A DNA stretch of 64,000 nucleotides from Pristiophorus japonicus. Its lineage: Eukaryota. Positions 1 to 12,406 of this stretch are shown here, piece after piece (within the stretch, counting starts at the first letter, position 1; each line of letters starts with the position of its first letter). Both the position numbers and the translations under genes were made by a program. The stretch covers positions 29,636,001-29,700,000 of the forward strand of contig NC_091999.1 in assembly GCF_044704955.1 (NCBI RefSeq). The letters are read 5' to 3'. The notes beneath the pieces were generated by a model that ran no database searches, was not told the DNA's origin, and saw nothing but the letters and a program-made list of their open reading frames with translations.

Positions 1-603
1 ACACCAACATTACAAATGATTCCCAAACACAAAAGACCTCTTGGAATGCCATTCTCCCGACCTTTCTCCTTGGATGGGGGCTGCAAGTGCTGCTTGTACA
101 TTTTTATCGCCCCAAAAATCACAAGACACCAGGATATTAACTGTATTTCGTTTCGATTCTAAAATCCTGAGTTGGATTTGTTATTCGTTTTGAGCCAGTG
201 TAAGTTTCGTGTTGAGCTCTTGAACCTGGGGCAGAGTCATTTTTAGAACGGTGATAACGTTTGGGCACAAGGATCTTTAGTCGGGCGTAATGGAACAAGG
301 GTTTTCGGGAGGAGCGCTATTCAGTTCGTAACACTATTGTGCATGAATGTATTTAATATTTTACGCCGGGTATTTGCTTCACAGCACATTACAGGTGGCT
401 CTGGATGTAAACACACAGAAAATTTGAAAGATTCTCCCGGGCACGTTGCCAATCTGTTGTCCTTCCAATAACGATTTGTTTAAGCGACAGCGAGTGCTTG
501 ATATCTCAAAGGTGATTTATTCTTCTTGGGGGAATGAAGGCTGCATGCTGTTACCCTGATTGTGAAGATGAAGCTTGGCTTGATTTATATTTCTGCTTCA
601 CAG

Positions 604-893
604 AATATATCCAATGCAGAAATCACTCTTCTGCAACCGTCAGTAGAACAGGTCTTACTTGAGACATTATCCTGTGTCGTGTCTAATGGTCCTTATGGAA
701 TCAAAGTATCCAGGACTCGAGAAAAGGAAACTTGGAAATCAAAGATTGCCGTCGAAGTCGGCGAAGCTCCCAACAGTGTGATCAGCAACATAAACATCTC
801 GAAACAAACCTGGCTAAGCGGTGTTGAGTTCTGCTCCGTGATGAGGCACCATTATTATAGCGACTATAAGAGATTCCATCCACAAGGAAAAGG
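604..893 (+). pseudogene. IGHM: IgM heavy chain Cmu3 exon (defective)
   Basis: Translation [30 protein letters not shown]...[19 protein letters not shown] matches the shark Cmu3 pattern ([22 protein letters not shown]) with a small deletion. The C-terminal IRDSIHKEK is in another frame, and the donor reads AAGG|ATGAG instead of GT. The acceptor cag at 601-603 is approximate. Confidence 0.85.
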
Positions 894-1379
894 ATGAGCG
901 GAGACATTGTAGCAACAAGTGAGACGCTCTGACTGTTTCCGTGCATGTGCTAATTGGCTCTATTAAGTGTGTTAATGGATTGCTCTGATAATTGAAATGG
1001 TAATTCCACTAAATAATCCGACTGGACCCGAAATTATGCACTTAAGTGGAATCTGGATAAGTCCATGAGGGAAAAAGGGAAATATATTTTATTTGTGTTG
1101 GATAAAATTAGCTGGACAAGGCTCGTTTGGAGCATAAACAACGATAATGACCAGTTGGGAAGAAAATGCTATGTTATTTTCCAGTCCGACTCCTAAAGGA
1201 CCCAGAGAGAAGGATTGCATCCCCCTCTGCTCCGTGCTGCAAAGCCTGACAGGCCACAGAGGGGAAAAAGGGAATCCTTTAAAAATCAGCGCAAAGCACA
1301 TTTCTCTCACATCTAACCACCGGTTCCTTTGTCTCTGGAATTATCCAGTTTATTGACTTTTAAAGTAATTGTTCTGCAG

Positions 1380-1771
1380 CTAAAGATCCGCGGGAACCGG
1401 CCGTGTCTGTCCTCCTGCCCTCGGCAGAAGAAATCTCCGTTCAAACTTTCTTTACCTTCAACTGCTTAATGAGAGGTTTCTCCCCCCAAGAGATCTTCGT
1501 CAAATGGACCATCAATGACAAGCCGATAGATTCCGGCAACTACAAGAACACCGAGGTGATGGCGGAGAACGGCAGCAGCTCCTTCTTCATCTACAGCCTG
1601 CTATCCATTGCAGCCGAGGAGTGGGCCGGCGGCGCCTCTTACTCCTGTGTGATGAGACATGAAGCGATCCCCTTGAAGATCAACAACAGAACCGTCAATA
1701 AGTCCAGTGGTAAACTGACTTTTGTGAACATTTCATTAAAGCTGGTAGATACGGTGAATTCTTGTCAATGA
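1380..1771 (+). CDS. IGHM: IgM heavy chain Cmu4 exon with secretory tailpiece (open frame, but within a defective cluster)
   Basis: Acceptor ttctgcag at 1372-1379, then [19 protein letters not shown]...[16 protein letters not shown]...[10 protein letters not shown]...[51 protein letters not shown]. This is the typical shark mu CH4 with the NxS glycan site and penultimate Cys. The internal donor AGTG|GTAAA at 1709/1710 serves the membrane form. Confidence 0.93.
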
Positions 1772-1799
1772 GAATCTCTCGATTGCATTTAAATTCTTA

Positions 1800-1805
1800 A
1801 ATAAA
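1800..1805 (+). terminator. polyadenylation signal for secretory mu mRNA
   Basis: AATAAA about 30 nt after the secretory stop codon. Confidence 0.7.
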
Positions 1806-2229
1806 TTACTGTAAAGGTCTTTTCTTCCAATTGCGAGTTAACTACATAGCCACTCAATTAATATTGTTTTTCTACCCATTTTTCCGAACGCGGGAGGCTG
1901 CTAAACTGAAGCAGGCTATTTACAGGAGTCGGGTCCAAGGCTTGTACAGCCAAAGTTCCCAGCTCAGATAAACCACTGGTTGGAGACAGGGTGAAGCTCT
2001 TTCGTGACAGGTTTCCTCAATGTAACTTCAGCAAATTTCCTCCCACTGGAGGAATCTTTAACGTTCCCATTTCCGACACACAAATGCAGCCATTTAGATA
2101 TTGGCGTCCCTGTTTCTCATGTTGTCCATCCCTTCAGAATTGAGGCCAGTTTTATTTTGAAGCTTCGCATCTTCTGGAAACTGAAAAGAGGGCCAGACAC
2201 GTACATGAACTGCACGTCCCATTATCACA

Positions 2230-2490
2230 TCAGAAAGAGAGGACAGGGAATGGTTAACCCACTGTCCCTTCAACTCGCCAGCAGAGAAAGGGGAAAGCAT
2301 AATGGTTAACACCCTGTACCTCACACTGAACCACCAGAGATAGGGGAAGGACAAGTGTTAATCCAATGTACCTCACACTCAAACACCAGAGGGAGGGGAA
2401 AGGTCAATTGTTAACCCAATGTACCTCACACGCCCACCATCCGCCCCCCGTCCCTACCGCAGAGAGGGGAAGTCAACCAATCTCCATTCT
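2230..2490. repeat. degenerate ~50-55 bp tandem repeat (~4-5 copies)
   Basis: Recurring GTTAACCC.CTGTACCTCACACT..ACCACCAGAGA.AGGGGAAGG motif. Confidence 0.6.
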
Positions 2491-2899
2491 GTGAACTCAG
2501 TAGCAACCAGTAAAATGATAGATTCCAACTCGCTGTCAGAAAACGTTAAACTTGCCGAATATGCATCATATTGTATTATAAATTTTGTTCAACATTTTAG
2601 CTTTAACTAGTATTTGGCTAAATCTATATCAGTTATTCGTAAACTAACTGATTGAATTTTAATAGTCAAAATGTAAACTAGTTATTCAATCCTCTGCAGG
2701 TTTTTCATGGTTATCTCCAAGATAGGTCCGACGCCCATTGTTGAATTGTTGAAATCCATCAACTGACATCGCATTGCGTCTCACACGGAAACACTTTTAC
2801 ATAGAGCGGGCGAGAATGCCTGTAAAGGTGCGTGTGTGTCTTTATGTGAACGTGTGTTCGTTGTTGTGTGTAAATTTGCGTGGTTTTGTGTAAGTGCAC

Positions 2900-3480
2900 A
2901 CTTCCATACAAACACACTCAGACTTACAAATAAACAAACAATCTTCATACTAACAGAATAATATAGGTATCCAGAATATAATGCACACTGTTATTTTCAC
3001 ACTCGGTTACTGGTACTCTCTGAAACTTTGAGTAAACATACACAGTCTTACACAAAGTACACAAACACACGCATTAACACACAGATTTACACACGCATAA
3101 CCACACATATCAACACAAACACACATACACAAATCACACACACAGATACACACGCAGTTACACTCAAACTCACACAGTTACACATAAAAACACAAACATA
3201 GACCTCAACATACAAAAACGCTTACATATACACATAAGGTACATGCACATTGCTACACATAACACGCACACTTATATATGTAAATACACATATACAAAAA
3301 CACACAAAGACTTACATATAAACATACACACACTTACATAAACACTCGCACAATTATATATAACACACACAGTTACATATTAACATAAACATTAAAACAC
3401 AAACACAGGGAAAACGAAAACAAGAGATCATGATCCACACATATGCAAACAGTAAAGCGCACAAAACACATCAGGATATA
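2900..3480. repeat. CA-rich low-complexity tract
   Basis: Degenerate (CA)n/ACAT-rich sequence. Confidence 0.8.
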
Positions 3481-4072
3481 AACATATGTGGAATTCAATG
3501 CACTTTTTATATAGGCACAGCATGGAACGATTGCACTGAATAAAAAATTCCTGAAAACATAATTCTCACTTTCTCAATTCCTACACTGAATCCATGTTCT
3601 TGTTGGAAACTGATACAAGTTAATTATGTTCATAACACAGCCATAACAAGTAAATAAACAATATTATAACTCACAACTGATCACTTACCTTGTCTCCTTG
3701 ACAGTCTCCAAATAAGTAGCTATCTAAACCTCGTTAAATCGTTAAATTATCGATATCAATCAGTAAACCTCCCTCGATCTTACATTATACTATTCCCGAA
3801 TGGTAGAATGTAGAAAATTGATGCAAGATCAATTGAAGGCAACATTCATAATTTCCAACAAGCACTATATGAGGATCATAAAGGAAGAATGACTGTGGTG
3901 GTAGGAACAGAGATAGATGGCCGAGAGTGATTAACATAACACAAGGTATATATTGACAATTAAATTAGAGAACAAAATAATAATTCATGGAAAAGAAAAG
4001 AGAATATATGATCACATGATATCTTGGTTTCATAAGCGATCTCGATATATTTCTATCTCTTCATCCCCGTAG

Positions 4073-4200
4073 ATTCCTCAGACCACATCTCGAGTGAAGA
4101 CTATGAGGATGAGTGCGACAACATCTGGACAACCGCTTCCTAATTCATCATCCTGTTCTTCCTGAGAATTTCCTACAGCGCTGCCGTCACTCTGATGAAA
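4073..4200 (+). pseudogene. IGHM: IgM TM1 exon with in-frame stop
   Basis: After acceptor ccgtag: (D)SSDHISSEDYEDECDNIWTTAS*FIILFFLRISYSAAVTLMK, i.e. the membrane-Ig motif (IWTTASTFI.LF..S..YS.AVTL.K). TAA at 4141-4143; the donor is GCGAG rather than GTGAG. Confidence 0.9.
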
Positions 4201-4338
4201 GCGAGAAGATTCAATCCATTCACATCGATCTGTTTGAAGCGGTTTGACAAATCTCTGGATGTTTCATTGATAAAAACCTTGCGATAAATGTCCCATACCA
4301 CTAGATCTTCACTTCACTCTTTAATACCTCTTTTACAG

Positions 4339-4347
4339 GTCAACTGA
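4339..4347 (+). CDS. IGHM: IgM TM2 exon (V-N-stop)
   Basis: Pyrimidine tract plus acag acceptor followed by GTC AAC TGA, 138 nt after TM1; equivalent to the K|VK* cytoplasmic tail. Confidence 0.75.
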   Translation, partial: VN

Positions 4348-5099
4348 ACGGTTGAATTTCGGATGCCGTGGATTTTCCTCTCTGTTTATTAACAACTCTG
4401 TGTCCTGAAAATAAATATGTCCATCGTGATTCTCAGAGTAAAATGCTTCAATTAATAGTTCCGAATCTGTAGCTGAGAATATCGTAACCGAGATTTCCAT
4501 CTTTCTGTTTGAAATGTGTGAGATAATCGTGGCCATAATGTAAATATATCTCAGAGTTTCACCGTTGTTTGAATATTTCTTGGGGAATAAGTCACTTTTC
4601 TAGTTCCTAATTCTCAATTATTCCCTTCCTTTTATGTTGATCCCTTATTTTCTCTCCCAGATGCCTGTTACATTTGTACAGATAGCCGGCCAGCTCAGAC
4701 CACCGGTGTTGTGGTCTCAATGTGCTGTTATATTCACTTTGTGCTACATTTTTGAAAAACTTCTCTACAAATTGTTCTTTGCGAAATTGTTAATAAATCT
4801 GGAATGGCGATTGGACTAAGTTGGAAATGTTGTTGAATTCCTTTCTAGGAGGCTCATCCGCACCGTTGCATATCCCATTACACTTTGTTGTATTTCCCTG
4901 ACTGATATTTTTTACACATCCTGTTTTGGTTTTGTTTCAATCCAAGTCCCTTCGGTTAAGGAGCCACTGTGCCACCCAGTCTCCCATCAGAAGAAAGACA
5001 CCTTTATCTCTGCCTTTGTAAGTCAAGTCCCAGAGTGCAATTGACAGCACAGCGACAACGCAGTACCTCTAACATTATGGTCTGTCACAGTAAATGTCA

Positions 5100-6410
5100 G
5101 GTTCTATTAAAGAGCAAGCGGAGAGGAAGAAGAATGGAAGAGCTGTAGTGGTTGGGGCTTCAATAGTCAGGGAAGCAGACAATCAGTTCTGCGGCCGCAG
5201 CTGTGACTCCAGGATGGTATGTTGCCTCACTGGTGCTAGGGTCAAGGATGTCACCGAACGGTTGCAGGGCTTTCTGAGTGGAGGAGGATGAACAGCCAGA
5301 GGTCCTGATCCGTATCGGGACAAACGTCATGGGTAGTAAGAGGGATGAGGTTCTGCAGGCAGAATTTAGGGAGCTAGGAGACAGATTAAAAAGCAAGACC
5401 TCAAAACTAGTAATCTCCAGATTAATCCAGTTGTCAAGAGCTAGTGAGTACGGAAATAGGAGAATAGAGCAGGTAGATGTGTGACTGATTGAAATAGTAC
5501 AAGAGGGAGGGCTTTCGAATCCTGAAGCATTGGAACCGCTTCTGGTGGAGGTGTGACCTGTACAAGCCAGAACGGGTTTCACCTCAACAGGGCCGGACCA
5601 ATATCCACGCGGGTTGGTCGGGTGGGGTTGCGGGGGTTGAGAGGGGTTGCTCGTGCTGTTGCGGAGGGTTTAGATTATCTTGGCTTGGGAATAGGAACAG
5701 GAGAATAGATTCTCTTTGAAGGGGAATTAATAATGGAGCGCAGGGAAATGGCAGAGACTTTGAACAAATATTTTGTACCGGTATTCACGGTAGAAAACAC
5801 CAAAAACATCCCAATAGTGGATAATAAAGGGGCTATAGGTAGCGAGGAACTTAATCCAATCACTATCACTAATGAAGTAGTATTAGGTAAAATAATGGGA
5901 CTAAAGTTGGACAAGTCTCCTGGACCTGATGCATTATATCTTAGGATCTTTAGAGAAGTGGCTGCAGAGATAGTAGATGCATTTGTTGTAATCTACCAAA
6001 ATTCCCTGGATTCTGGGGTGGTCCCATCAGATTGGAAAACCACAAATGTAATGCGACTATTTCAAAAATCAGGCAGCTACAAATCAGGAAACTAGACCAG
6101 TTAGCCAAATATCTGTCATTGTGAAAATGCTGGAGTCCATTATTAAGGAAGCAGTAGCGGGACATTTGGAAAGCAGGATCCAATCAAGAAGAGTCTGCAT
6201 GGTTTTATGAAAGGGAAATCACGTTTGAAAAATTTGCTGGAGTGGGTAACGAGCAGGGTGGATAAAGGGTAATCATTAGATGTGTTGTATTTGGATTTCC
6301 AGAAGGCATTCGATAATGTACCACATAAGTGGTTACTGCACAAATTAAAAGCTCACCTGGTTGTGTAATATATTACCATTGATTGAAGATTGACTAACTA
6401 ACAGAGCAAA
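5100..6410 (+). mobile_element. CR1-like LINE fragments (ORF1 esterase region plus ORF2 RT region)
   Basis: VVVGASIVR..D..FCGR..DSRMVCCL.GARVKDV (ORF1 SGNH-like); EMAETLNKYF..VFT, KSPGPD, YLDFQKAFD.VPH (RT). Confidence 0.9.
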
Positions 6411-7879
6411 CCATACAATAGCCAAGAGATCAGGAGAAATGGAATGTGGAAGGAACATAGTTATGATTATACATTCTGGGGAGGTTTTCTTGGCAAGATA
6501 TGCAGTTACTGTTGAAGAAGCTGGTAATGAGCAAGGGAATTGCAGCTGCAAAAATCCCAACCACCTTTAAAGCTGGAGTAGCAGGAACAGCTGCATCTGA
6601 GTTTCCTGTGGGCGGCTGGGCATGTGAGCCGCTCTTACGCCCGGATGAAACGTGCTGCAATAAGCACTGAGACACCGCCTACTTTTCAAATGCATCTGTT
6701 TGACGGACATTCCACCATTTGTTTCTGACAAACAGTTGGCCATATATGTTTGATGTGCTGTCGGCCGTGTTAGTATGACGGAGCCATGTTTCTGTGACGT
6801 CTCATTACATGAACTAATGTTTCTTTACAACCATTTAAATAAAACATGACTTAAATTCCCACAAAGGAAACAATTTTACTTTTTCAATAAAAACTAGCAA
6901 ATAGGCGACAGAAATAAAGATACAGGCAGCCACGATTAAAGGGTTTGACAGGTTTGAGCCACAATGCCCTTCACACTACCCAGATGCTTTGTCGTTTGGC
7001 GAGTAGCACATGTGCGAACAGTCCTCCCATAGAGCACCGCGGCCCGGGGACCACATTGAGCCTTTTTTGGCCGCTTTGCATTGTGAAAGCTCTGTTATTC
7101 ACGACTCCTTAAATCATTGAAAGGATGTGAGCTAAAGGAACCAGTGAATGCCAATTTATTCAAGCCCCCATAAGGCAATCAGAGCTCTCCGTATGAGCTA
7201 ATAGCACTTGGCCAGATGTATTTCAGGTTAATCAAAGCATGGAAGTTATATTATTGAGTCAGAGACCGGAAAGTAAGAAGAGCAAATTGTACAAAAATCT
7301 TTATTTTCCCCAGAGTCCCCGAAACATACAACTATTTTCTCTTTCATGTCCTCCCTCATTCGGTTGAGTGATTGCAAGACCACTGTTTTCAAGTTTGGAA
7401 AGTTACAGCTGTCTTTAGGTGAAATCTAAAGAAAGTAGTGGGCCGGAGCCTTCCACGAGCAGAACAACACGATAAATATCCAGCTTTAAAGGAATACACG
7501 GGATGAAATCACCCACAGAGGCAGAATATAGGAACTAGAACCTTTCCTATTAACTAAGCGACAAGCTGACCTTGGAGCTCCTGGAGCTGATCTGAACATC
7601 CATCCATCAAGTCAAGGGAAAACAGCTGATCAGAAGCAGAAAGGACAGTTTAGAAGTCAGTTCATTCGATGGTGGTCGATTCACAGGTCGATTTTCGGAC
7701 CGATTGAATAATGCAACTTGTTTTCTCGGCCGCTCCTGGAATCATTTGGCTGACAATTGGATCCGAGGTTAATTTGGTATATTCTCTGTGTGTCTGAGCT
7801 CCTGACAGCGCGCTGCACACTGTGGCTGCATCTGCCCGCGATTCCAACAGGCAGGAGCTCCGCCGAACTGGCCAATGGC

Positions 7880-7918
7880 AGTTTTTGTACGGTGGTGATG
7901 TTGCTTTCCATCTCTGCA
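7880..7918 (-). promoter_or_regulatory. 23-bp RSS (decayed heptamer)
   Basis: Minus strand TGCAGAG-23 nt-ACAAAAACT directly after the V coding end. Confidence 0.8.
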
Positions 7919-8379
7919 TGTCTCAGGGCGCTGTAATACACGCCAGCGTCAGTAGGGTGCAGCCCGGAGATGTTTAAGCTGATGAATTTATTCGTGGTCT
8001 GGAGCTCTGCAGAGAAACGGGTTTGAGCAAAATCTGCATTATTCTCACCACCGTTCGAATATTGCCTCAGTGTAAACGTGGGCTGTGTGTCTGGGTGTTA
8101 CCAGTAGCAGAATAAATAATACAAGCTCCATGCAGTTTCATAATACAGCTTAAAGTCACCATTTCACCCTGTGCCTTAACTCCTGAGGACAGCTGGTGAG
8201 TGACAGAGTCTCCTTTACTCAGATCTGGGCAACTTGTTCAAACAGGAAAAGGTCAGACCGGGCTGTGATTACAATTCAGTTTCAACCCATATTAGAAATG
8301 ATAGAAAAGATTAAATAGGTTTTGTCCACAATTATCTTTCAGAAATGTCCCACGCAACCCCGCTGCTGAGTCATCGCAT
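7919..8379 (-). pseudogene. TRDV: TCR delta/alpha-type V gene segment pseudogene (leader ~8336-8379; V exon 7919-8224)
   Basis: The minus strand reads (D)LSKGDSVTHQLSSGVKAQGEMVTLSC [frameshift] YETAWSLYYLFCYW*HPDTQPTFTLRQYSNGGENNADFAQTRFSAELQTTNKFISLNISGLHPTDAGVYYSALR. The decayed leader has a stop and an AT donor. Confidence 0.85.
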
Positions 8380-8749
8380 TGTCGCTGCTGCTTTGTAAAA
8401 GGGGTTTGTATATTTAAAGACACCCATTCTAATACCCACTCTCAATATTCGTGTGTCGTGTCTCAGGATGCTCTCGGTTGTGCTGTGAAACCGTAGGTGG
8501 TGAGCGGGCAGCCAGTGTACGGCAACACTCCGAGCTGGGCTACACTCAGTGTACTTATACGGGAATGGTTTGGTTTTAAACACCAGTGCTGGGAATGAAA
8601 CCTTTACCTGGTTATTGTGACTGAAATTTGCAGGATTGTTGATGGCTTTGTTTTATAGGGGGAGGGGCGCTTTTTAGCAATTTCCCGGTCGTCTATTTAA
8701 TGTTCACGGGAGCAGAATGCGGGGAAATTGTACAAATGAGCAGGGTGAT

Positions 8750-9070
8750 TGGAGGCTGGGTTCAAACGCAGAGGATGAATGTTGGGCGGCTATAAATCGC
8801 CAGCGTGTGGTGCAGGGCAGATTCACGGCCCCCGAAGTGAGGTGTTGGACGGCATCAAACCACCAGACTGAGGTGTTGGGCGTGTTCAGAGCGCTAGGGT
8901 AGGTGTAACGTGAACCAATAGCGCCAGGGTGAGATGTATGGCGTGTTTAGACCCCCAGGGTGAGATGTAGGGCGATTTCAGTGCCCTAAGGGTGAGGTGT
9001 GGAGCTGGTGCAGAGCACCAGTATGAGGTGTAGGGCGGGTTCAGAACCCTGAGGCCAGGTGTAGGCCGGG
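8750..9070. repeat. degenerate ~30 bp G-rich tandem repeat (~10 copies)
   Basis: Recurring TGAGGTGTAGGGCGTGTTCAGA.CCCCAGGG-like unit. Confidence 0.65.
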
Positions 9071-9259
9071 TTCTTTTTAATAAAAGATCAACATCAGCAT
9101 GGCCGGAAAAAATGTCCTTACAACTTTCACTCATATTAGAAATGGATATGGCGCAGAAATCAAATAAATTACAGGCGGATTCGATTTATTGTTCGCCCCG
9201 TTAATATCGCTCTCTACCATTGGTATAATTAATGGCATCAGAAATCAGATCTCAGTGTG

Positions 9260-9522
9260 TGTCATTGATTCACATTTTAATGTTGTGTTTTCGATCTGCC
9301 ACACTCTTCTAGTCACGTGTTCTGTCCACAGTTTACTAACCAAAGCCATCGTTCGATATGACTGATGTCTTTTTTTGATGATTGTGCCCGATGTACCGAC
9401 CCAACCCATTTGCGGATTTCACACATTAATCTTTAATTCATTCCACAATTTGCACAACTTTTGGAATAAAGCAGAATTTAACACAATGCCCGGGATCTGA
9501 TCCACAAAATGTATATTGTGAC
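9260..9522 (-). pseudogene. candidate highly decayed NAR-type V segment (IgNAR/NAR-TCR-like)
   Basis: After a cag acceptor (phase 1): xHNIHF-VDQIP...CKL...W.GTSGTIIKK [+1 A] DISHIERWLWLVNCGQNT...LKCE. This aligns without gaps from SG to VN.G with the NAR V segment SGSTNEESISKGGRYVETVNSGSKS (recalled consensus). It is followed by CACACTG-22-AATTATACC. Confidence 0.4.
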
Positions 9523-10157
9523 CTGACACCATCTACAGATATTCAGTGAATTGTTCAGATCTCGGGGGAAAGTGTGGGATATTCACTGACCTGATGCAGT
9601 TCCTCCTTATGGGAAGCTGGGTTAGAGCAGTCCTGAAATAATATGCCGAGCAGCAGCAAAGGTTTTACTAAAGACAGAGAGAAGGAAGTTCGTAGCATTA
9701 TGGATAAAGAGTGGAGACAGGGGAAGAGAAGTTAGAGACAGGCACGGAATTAGCATCGAAAGACAAAGGGTGAATTGTGGCACCACAGACATGATTTCTG
9801 AAGTTCATTTTATTATAACTACGAGTTGAAATCACAAACTAATATTAATCCGCCGTTTTACTCTCGCTGCATAGAGATAAATCACGAAGGAATTATTTTC
9901 AAGTGGCAGGCGTTTGTGTTAATACTTTCCTCTTCAACCATCATTTCAGGAACTGCCTATTCCACTGTGCCGTGGTGTCTCCATGGTAACATTAAATAAT
10001 AGTAATAGTCATCATATTCATCGTCACCATCATCTCAAACAAAATAACCATCATCGCCACCATTACACATTTAACCAATAATAACATCTGGGTTACAGCA
10101 GTGAAGGGGAGAATGGATTTTCACTGAGAAAGAAATACTTATTAAGAAGTGATATAA

Positions 10158-11582
10158 TAAGAACATAAGAACATAAGAAATGGGTACAGGATTAGGCCAT
10201 GCACTCCCTCGAGCCTGCTCCGCCATGCAATAGATCAATGCTGATCTGATCGTGAACTCAACTCCACTTCCCTGCCTGCTCCCCATAACCCATCATCCCC
10301 TTTATCATTTAAGTAACTATTTATGTCTTAAATTTATTTTATGTCCCAGCATCCACAGTTCCCTGCGGCAGCGAATTTCACAGATTTTCAACACTCTGAG
10401 AGAAGAAATGACTCCTCATCTCTGTTTTAAATGCGCGGCCCCTTATTCTAAGATCATGCCCTCTAGTTCTACTCCACCCCATCAGTGGAAACATCTTCTC
10501 TGCATCCACGTTGCCAAGCCCTCTCATACTCTTATACGTTTCGATAAGATCACCGCTCATACTTCTGCATTCCAATGAGTAGAGGCCCAATCTACTCAAC
10601 GTTTCCTCAGAAGTCACCCACTCATCCCCGGAATCAACTTAGTGAAGCTTCTCTGAACTGCCTACAAGCAAGTATATCTTTTCGTAAATATGGAAACCAA
10701 AACTGCACACAATATGTGGCCTCACCAATATTCTGTACAGCTGTAGCAAGACATCCCGGCTTTTATACTCCATCCCCTTTGCAATAAAGGCCAATATTCC
10801 ATGGGCCCTCCTGATCACTTGGTGTACATGCCTACGATCGTTTTGTTTTTCATGCACCAGCACCTTCTCTTCCCGCTGAACTGTGGCACTTTGCAATCTT
10901 TCTCCATTTACATAAGAACTTGCTCGTTGATTTGTTCTGCAAAAGCGCTTGACCTCCCACTTCCCAGCATTATGCTCCATCTGCCAAATTCTTACCCATT
11001 CACTTAGCCTGTCTATGTCCTTTCGCAGTTTTTTGTGCCCTCCTCACACATTGCTTTTCCTCTCATCTATTTATCATCAGCAAAATTGAATACTTTACTC
11101 TCAGCCCCTTCTTCCTAGTTGTTAATATAGATTGTACATATCTGAGGTCCCTGCACTGATGCATGCGGCGCCGCACTGGTTGCCAACCAGAGAATGAAAA
11201 ATTTTTCCCGACTCTCTGTTTTCTGTTAGTAAGCCAATCCTCTATCCATGCTAATATATTACCCCAACCCCTTGAACTATTATCTTGTTCTGTAATCTTT
11301 TATGTCAAATGGCTTCCGGAAATCCAAATACATCACATCTTCTGTTCCCCATTTATCCACCCTGTTCGTTAGATCCTCAAAGAATTCCAGCAAATTTGTC
11401 AAAAATGATTTTGCTTCATAAATCCATGGTGACTCTGCTTGACCGAATTTTGCTTTTCCAAATGTCCTGTTACTGCTTCTTTGATAATGGACTCCAACAT
11501 TTTCCCAACCACAGATGTTAGACTAATTGGTCTATAGTTTTCTGCTCTTTGGCTGACTCCTTTTTTAAACAGGGATTTTACA
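10158..11582 (-). mobile_element. 5'-truncated CR1-like LINE
   Basis: RT C-terminal motifs (LGLYSLE.R..GDLIETYK, RTRGHDLRIRGR) and NYRPISLTSVVGKMLESII; octamer tail (AACATAAG)n on the + strand at ~10160. Confidence 0.9.
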
Positions 11583-11831
11583 TAATGATGAGGAGCAGTG
11601 CGAGATGGTTCCACATTACATTCCCTGAGTCTGAAGCTATGCGGTCCTGGAAACCCTCTGTCGGAACAGAAATAGAGTACCATGCCCCACTGCCCTGCTG
11701 ATCCAAACAATGCTAAACAGGGATCTGCAGCAGCAATCTCTCCAATAAAACAGGGCATGCAAGCAGTTTAAGGGCGCCCATGAACAGACTAACTATTTGT
11801 ACTACGTCGCCCTTCTGCGCATATGCACATT

Positions 11832-11851
11832 AATGTGTCTGTGTGTGTGTA

Positions 11852-11889
<38 letters not shown>

Positions 11890-11995
11890 TGTGTATGTGT
11901 GGCTGAGTGCATGTCTATATGTCTATGGATGTCTATGCGTGTGTGTGAGTACGGCTGTCTGTGCATGTGTGTATGTGTATATGTATGTCTATTTG
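11832..11995. repeat. (TG)n microsatellite with degenerate flank
   Basis: Long TG dinucleotide run. Confidence 0.9.
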
Positions 11996-12406
11996 TCCGT
12001 GTTGCCAATGCACTATGCCATAGTTGTATGATCGGCAGGAGTGAGCTCTCTGATCACTTTACAAAGATCATGATCTCTATGTACAGTGGTGGCTGTTTAG
12101 AGAGGTAAAAATGGGCGGGAAGAAGAAATCCCAGCCAAGCTGATAAGATCCCCTTCCTATTTGAGTTTTCCACTTCAGGCCTGGTAAAGGCAGTGATGAC
12201 AGTCTCTTTTTCCTGGAGTTTAGACTGGAACAATTGAAGTGAAACTCTTCCTGTCTCTGATTATTGTCCTGAACAGAGTTTGTGATATTTTGAACCATTC
12301 TATAAGATTCTCCAATTCTCATACAACTTCTCGTTTCCATCTACGGGTGCTTCTTCTCTATCAGTTTCTCTGTCTAACCTGCTGTGTGTCTGCTGTTTAT
12401 TTTCAG

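Noticed and set aside
6420-6700. Possible Harbinger transposase N-terminal remnant on the minus strand
   Set aside because: Only a faint PR.Y...SF-like resemblance, with no catalytic motifs or TIRs found.
7381-7422. CACTGTT followed by FKFGKLQLSL|GT, a possible TCR J
   Set aside because: Lacks the FGxG motif and an upstream nonamer.
7786-7824. Perfect heptamer CACAGTG on the minus strand ~95 nt past the delta-like V
   Set aside because: The nonamer at 12 or 23 spacing is poor (GACACACAG) and no D or V coding segment with a matching 5' RSS is evident.
8450-8600. Possible remnant of another V 3' end (..AQLG.VAVHW.CPLT + CACAGCA) on the minus strand
   Set aside because: Needs several frameshifts and has a weak nonamer; cannot be separated from chance by eye.
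11797-12108. Cys/Val-rich and His/Thr-rich ORFs
   Set aside because: Translations of the (TG)n microsatellite; the Ser/Leu-rich ORFs at 22.9-27.5 kb are likewise from AG-rich repeats.
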